From positions 286-64,285 of the forward strand of contig QQRW01000018.1 in NCBI GenBank assembly GCA_003602605.1: 64,000 bases of DNA, written 5' to 3'. This stretch comes from Candidatus Poseidoniales archaeon (GTDB lineage Archaea; Thermoplasmatota; Poseidoniia; Poseidoniales; Poseidoniaceae). Shown here piece after piece: positions 60,809 to 64,000 of this stretch. A program made the translations under genes and the position numbers. How positions within the stretch are numbered: the stretch's first letter is position 1; each line of letters opens with the position of its first letter. The notes under the pieces were generated by a model, which worked only from the letters and a program-made list of their open reading frames with translations, was not told the DNA's origin and did no database searches.

Positions 60809-61648
60809 ATGCTTCGAGCGTTTTATTGGCGCCTTAATCTTGGCCTTAAGAAAATAAAATCAAAGCGTCTTAGGAAGAAACTTGGTAGCAATATCAAAGC
60901 CATCATTACGAACAGTGAGAACGGTATATTCGCAGTTGACCCTGAGGATCTTGAAGTAGGCCAAAAGTTACGTTCAGGTGGATTTGGTATCGGCGAAGTG
61001 GAACGCCTAAAGAAATTCATCAACAATAAATCCAAGGTTTTGATTGTTGGAACGCATATTGGTTCGTTAGCAATACCACTTTCAGAACATTGTAAGGAAA
61101 TAACAGCGATTGAAGCAAATCCGAACACCTTTGAATTACTCGAGATAAATCTCCAACTTAACAACAGTAAAAACATAACACCACACAATATTTTTGCCAA
61201 TGATTCTCACGAAAAAGTAGAGTTTCTACTCAATACAGTAAACTCAGGTGGAAGTAAGAGGAAACCAAAAAAGAGCAGTTTTCTGTACGATTATGATGAC
61301 CCCGAAATTATTGAATTAGAATCACACAGACTTGATGATTATTTACCTCAACATGATTATGATCTCGTTCTATTGGACATCGAGGGTTCTGAGTACTTTG
61401 CAATGAAAGGTATGAAAGAAATTCTATCCAATTGTAACACATTAGTTGTTGAATTCCTACCGCATCACCTCAAGAACGTCGCAGATATCGATGTCGAAAC
61501 ATTCCTCTCTGTTTTACCAGATCATTTTACCAAGTTTAAATTACCAGACAACAAACAAGAACACAACATTTCAGATGTCAAGACAGTACTGCAGGACATG
61601 TATGACGCTAACATCGGCGAGGATGGAATCATTTTCACTTCAAATTAG
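60809..61648 (+). CDS. FkbM-family methyltransferase
   Basis: VG.HIG, AIEANP..FELL..N..LN, RLDD, LLDIEGSE..AMKG and VEF.P. Confidence 0.9.
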   Translation: MLRAFYWRLNLGLKKIKSKRLRKKLGSNIKAIITNSENGIFAVDPEDLEVGQKLRSGGFGIGEVERLKKFINNKSKVLIVGTHIGSLAIPLSEHCKEITAIEANPNTFELLEINLQLNNSKNITPHNIFANDSHEKVEFLLNTVNSGGSKRKPKKSSFLYDYDDPEIIELESHRLDDYLPQHDYDLVLLDIEGSEYFAMKGMKEILSNCNTLVVEFLPHHLKNVADIDVETFLSVLPDHFTKFKLPDNKQEHNISDVKTVLQDMYDANIGEDGIIFTSN

Positions 61649-61705
61649 AACTTGGTTCTACTGTAACGGCTCAACATTATAGCAACCATCCCTGTCACAC
61701 GACAC

Positions 61706-62941
61706 ATGGCTAACCATCAAAGAAAGCGCCTTTTACTCGTGAAAGGCTCTTTTGAGCACTTCGGTGGTGGTGAAAGAGATTTGATTAACAATCTCGAAGC
61801 TTGGTCTGAATATTTCGAATTGAGTGTCGCAACATTACATCCTAACCAGGAACTCGTAGAGAAATTAAATCAATTGGATATACCACTGTTTTCTCCAGTA
61901 AGCAATTGGTCTTACTCGCGAGGAATTTTTTCTGAAATTTTCGCAAAATCATCAAAAAACGCGTCAAGAAAATGGTACTCTATGCTTTCTTTAACAAAAC
62001 AAGGAGTTGGTTTGAGTACATCATTTTCCAACATTGACGCCGTGAACATAACTACTGGGATGGCTTCTTTAGAAATTCTCCCATACATACCTGAGGACAT
62101 CCCTGTTCACACATACATGCACGAACCAAACAGGGGGCTGCACAGCAACGACTTACACTTCGATGTTGACGGAACACCCAAACAAAACCTCAAGTTAACA
62201 AATCTCCTTTTGTCAAAACAAAGAAAAATAGACGAAAAATTAGTAACTCTTGCATCCAAGAGAGGGAAGATCAGTGGTAATTCGAAAAATACGTGTGATC
62301 GAATCAAGCAAGTTTACGATGTCGAATCGGACTTTCTTTATCCCAGCATAAATACAGATCTTTGGCCGATTAAACCAACCAAAGATGAAGACTGGGAGTC
62401 TGTAAAAAAGGAATTTGACCTTGTCAAAAACAAGTATGTAATTACCATTGGACATGCTATTTTTGCAAAAGGACTGTGGGAGACGATCACAAAACTTAGC
62501 AATTCAAATTTGCAAGTCGTCCAAATCGGCGGTGGGGTCAATGAAAAACACGAGGAGCACGCCAGAAAAATGAACGTAGAATTAAAAGCCCTGCCAAGAG
62601 TCTCTCAAGCGACCATTCGAGCATTGATGAGAAATGCTAAGGCATTGGTTAGCAATGCTATCAACGAACCATTCGGCTTAACTCCACCAGAAGCATATTT
62701 CGTCGATTGCCCAGTAATAGTATCGAATCAAGGAGGATTTACAGAAACCGTTGTTGATGGAAAAACAGGACGGTTAATGGAGGACGGAGATGATTGGATT
62801 TTGGCAATCGATCAAGGGCATAAAAATCGAAAGGAGTGGTCGAAGGCTGGGCGAGAACACATCAAAAAAATCGATTTAACACCTGAAACTCAAGCAAGGA
62901 AAGTATTCGAATCCTTTTCTCAGTATTTTGAAGAGGAATAA
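61706..62941 (+). CDS. Glycosyltransferase family 4 (GT-B), AT-rich
   Basis: GGGER, YMHEP.R, NS.NT, KG, EPFGLTP.EA and GGF.ETV.DG.TG. Confidence 0.9.
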   Translation: MANHQRKRLLLVKGSFEHFGGGERDLINNLEAWSEYFELSVATLHPNQELVEKLNQLDIPLFSPVSNWSYSRGIFSEIFAKSSKNASRKWYSMLSLTKQGVGLSTSFSNIDAVNITTGMASLEILPYIPEDIPVHTYMHEPNRGLHSNDLHFDVDGTPKQNLKLTNLLLSKQRKIDEKLVTLASKRGKISGNSKNTCDRIKQVYDVESDFLYPSINTDLWPIKPTKDEDWESVKKEFDLVKNKYVITIGHAIFAKGLWETITKLSNSNLQVVQIGGGVNEKHEEHARKMNVELKALPRVSQATIRALMRNAKALVSNAINEPFGLTPPEAYFVDCPVIVSNQGGFTETVVDGKTGRLMEDGDDWILAIDQGHKNRKEWSKAGREHIKKIDLTPETQARKVFESFSQYFEEE

Positions 62942-63057
62942 TCAATTCGACTGCACAATCCACGCGTTTCAAATACACTCACATCTCTTATGCCATGTTC
63001 TCTTTTTACACACAATCCTACGCGACGATTGAAAAAGGGAGGCGCTAACGGATACAC

Positions 63058-64000
63058 ATGAACGGCAAGACAGCAATGATTACCGGTGTTACCGGTCAAG
63101 ACGGTTCTTATCTTGCTGAATTACTTCTTGAGAAGGGGTATGTCGTCTATGGATTGGTTCGTCGAGTATCTCAACCGACTTCCGGCCGCAGCCTCATCAA
63201 CCACCTAATGGAGAATGAGAACTTCCACCTTCTCAACGGTGACCTTGCCGATCAAAATTCCATTGACAACGCTGTATCTCGTGCTCATCCCGATGAGTTT
63301 TACAATCTCGGAGCTATGTCCTTTGTTCCTGAATCATGGCGCTCTCCTATGATGACAGCAGATATTACAGGTCTTGGTGCTCTGCGATGCCTTGAAGCAA
63401 TTCGCAAACATGCTCCAGACTGCCGTTTCTACCAAGCGGGTTCATCCGAACAGTACGGTAAAGTTCGTGACGTTCCTCAAACTGAAGCGACTCCATTCCA
63501 CCCACGTTCCCCCTATGGTTGTGCGAAAGTGTTCGCTTTCGAAATCACTCGTAATTATCGAGAATCTTACGATATGTTTGCATGTACTGGGATTCTTTTC
63601 AATCACGAAAGCCCTCGACGTGGACTTGAATTTGTAACACGAAAGGTAACGATGACGGCTGCTCGCATCTCTCATGGCTTTGATGAGTGTTTGTGGATTG
63701 GGAACGTCGATGCAAAGCGCGATTGGGGGTTTGCAGGAGACTACGTCGAGATGCAGTGGCGAATGCTGCAACAAGATACCCCCGGTGACTATGTCGTTGC
63801 AACCGGCCGAACGCACAGTGTTCGTGACATGATTACTCTCGCTTTCTCTCACGTTGGCATGGACCTCGTTTGGTCCGGAGAAGGAGTTGACACCATTGCT
63901 AAGGATCAAAACGATATCGTCCGGGTTCGTACCAACCCCAAGTTCTTCCGACCAGCAGAGGTCGACTTGCTGATTGGAGATCCTGCTCTTGCAGAGAAAG
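63058..64000 (+). CDS. gmd: GDP-mannose 4,6-dehydratase (partial, runs off the window; absent from the ORF track)
   Basis: Manual translation from ATG 63058: [28 protein letters not shown] ... FYQAGSSE ... [12 protein letters not shown] ... [20 protein letters not shown] ... [11 protein letters not shown] ... [12 protein letters not shown]. Confidence 0.96.
   Translation, partial: MNGKTAMITGVTGQDGSYLAELLLEKGYVVYGLVRRVSQPTSGRSLINHLMENENFHLLNGDLADQNSIDNAVSRAHPDEFYNLGAMSFVPESWRSPMMTADITGLGALRCLEAIRKHAPDCRFYQAGSSEQYGKVRDVPQTEATPFHPRSPYGCAKVFAFEITRNYRESYDMFACTGILFNHESPRRGLEFVTRKVTMTAARISHGFDECLWIGNVDAKRDWGFAGDYVEMQWRMLQQDTPGDYVVATGRTHSVRDMITLAFSHVGMDLVWSGEGVDTIAKDQNDIVRVRTNPKFFRPAEVDLLIGDPALAEK

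Noticed and set aside
63374-63909. ORF-track calls at the window end
   Set aside because: They overlap the real gmd frame starting at 63058, which the track omitted because it has no stop within the window.

Overview
Archaeal DNA, most likely Marine Group II (Ca. Poseidoniales). This is inferred from archaeal uS2, aIF-1A, RIO1 and Pno1/Dim2, a PGF-CTERM tail, GGAGGTGA ribosome-binding sites, very acidic surface proteins and an 11-subunit complex I with split nuoJ. Layout: (1) a PRC-barrel gene, RNase Z and large secreted proteins including a membrane-anchored S8 protease (1.3-18.3 kb); (2) a nuoA-B-C-D-H-I-J1-J2-K-L-M-N operon with no nuoEFG (18.4-30.3 kb); (3) aIF-1A/RIO1/KH, CARDB proteins, a solo Cas4-like nuclease, rps2, dus and three wHTH regulators (30.4-43.8 kb); (4) a variable surface/glycosylation region with glycosyltransferases, methyltransferases, an LDL-A-like repeat lipoprotein, an HAD-crotonase fusion, an E1(ThiF)-JAB-small protein operon and a partial gmd (43.9-64 kb). 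The best novelty candidates are the coupled E1 + JAMM + 79-aa operon with no visible Ubl or E2, the Cas4-like nuclease split by four TM helices, the 18 two-cysteine LDL-A-like repeats, and an AT-rich FkbM cassette between 94-bp direct repeats. I recognised no tRNA, rRNA, CRISPR array or transposase. All calls are by eye from motifs, with no database search. Several start codons were moved downstream from the ORF track.
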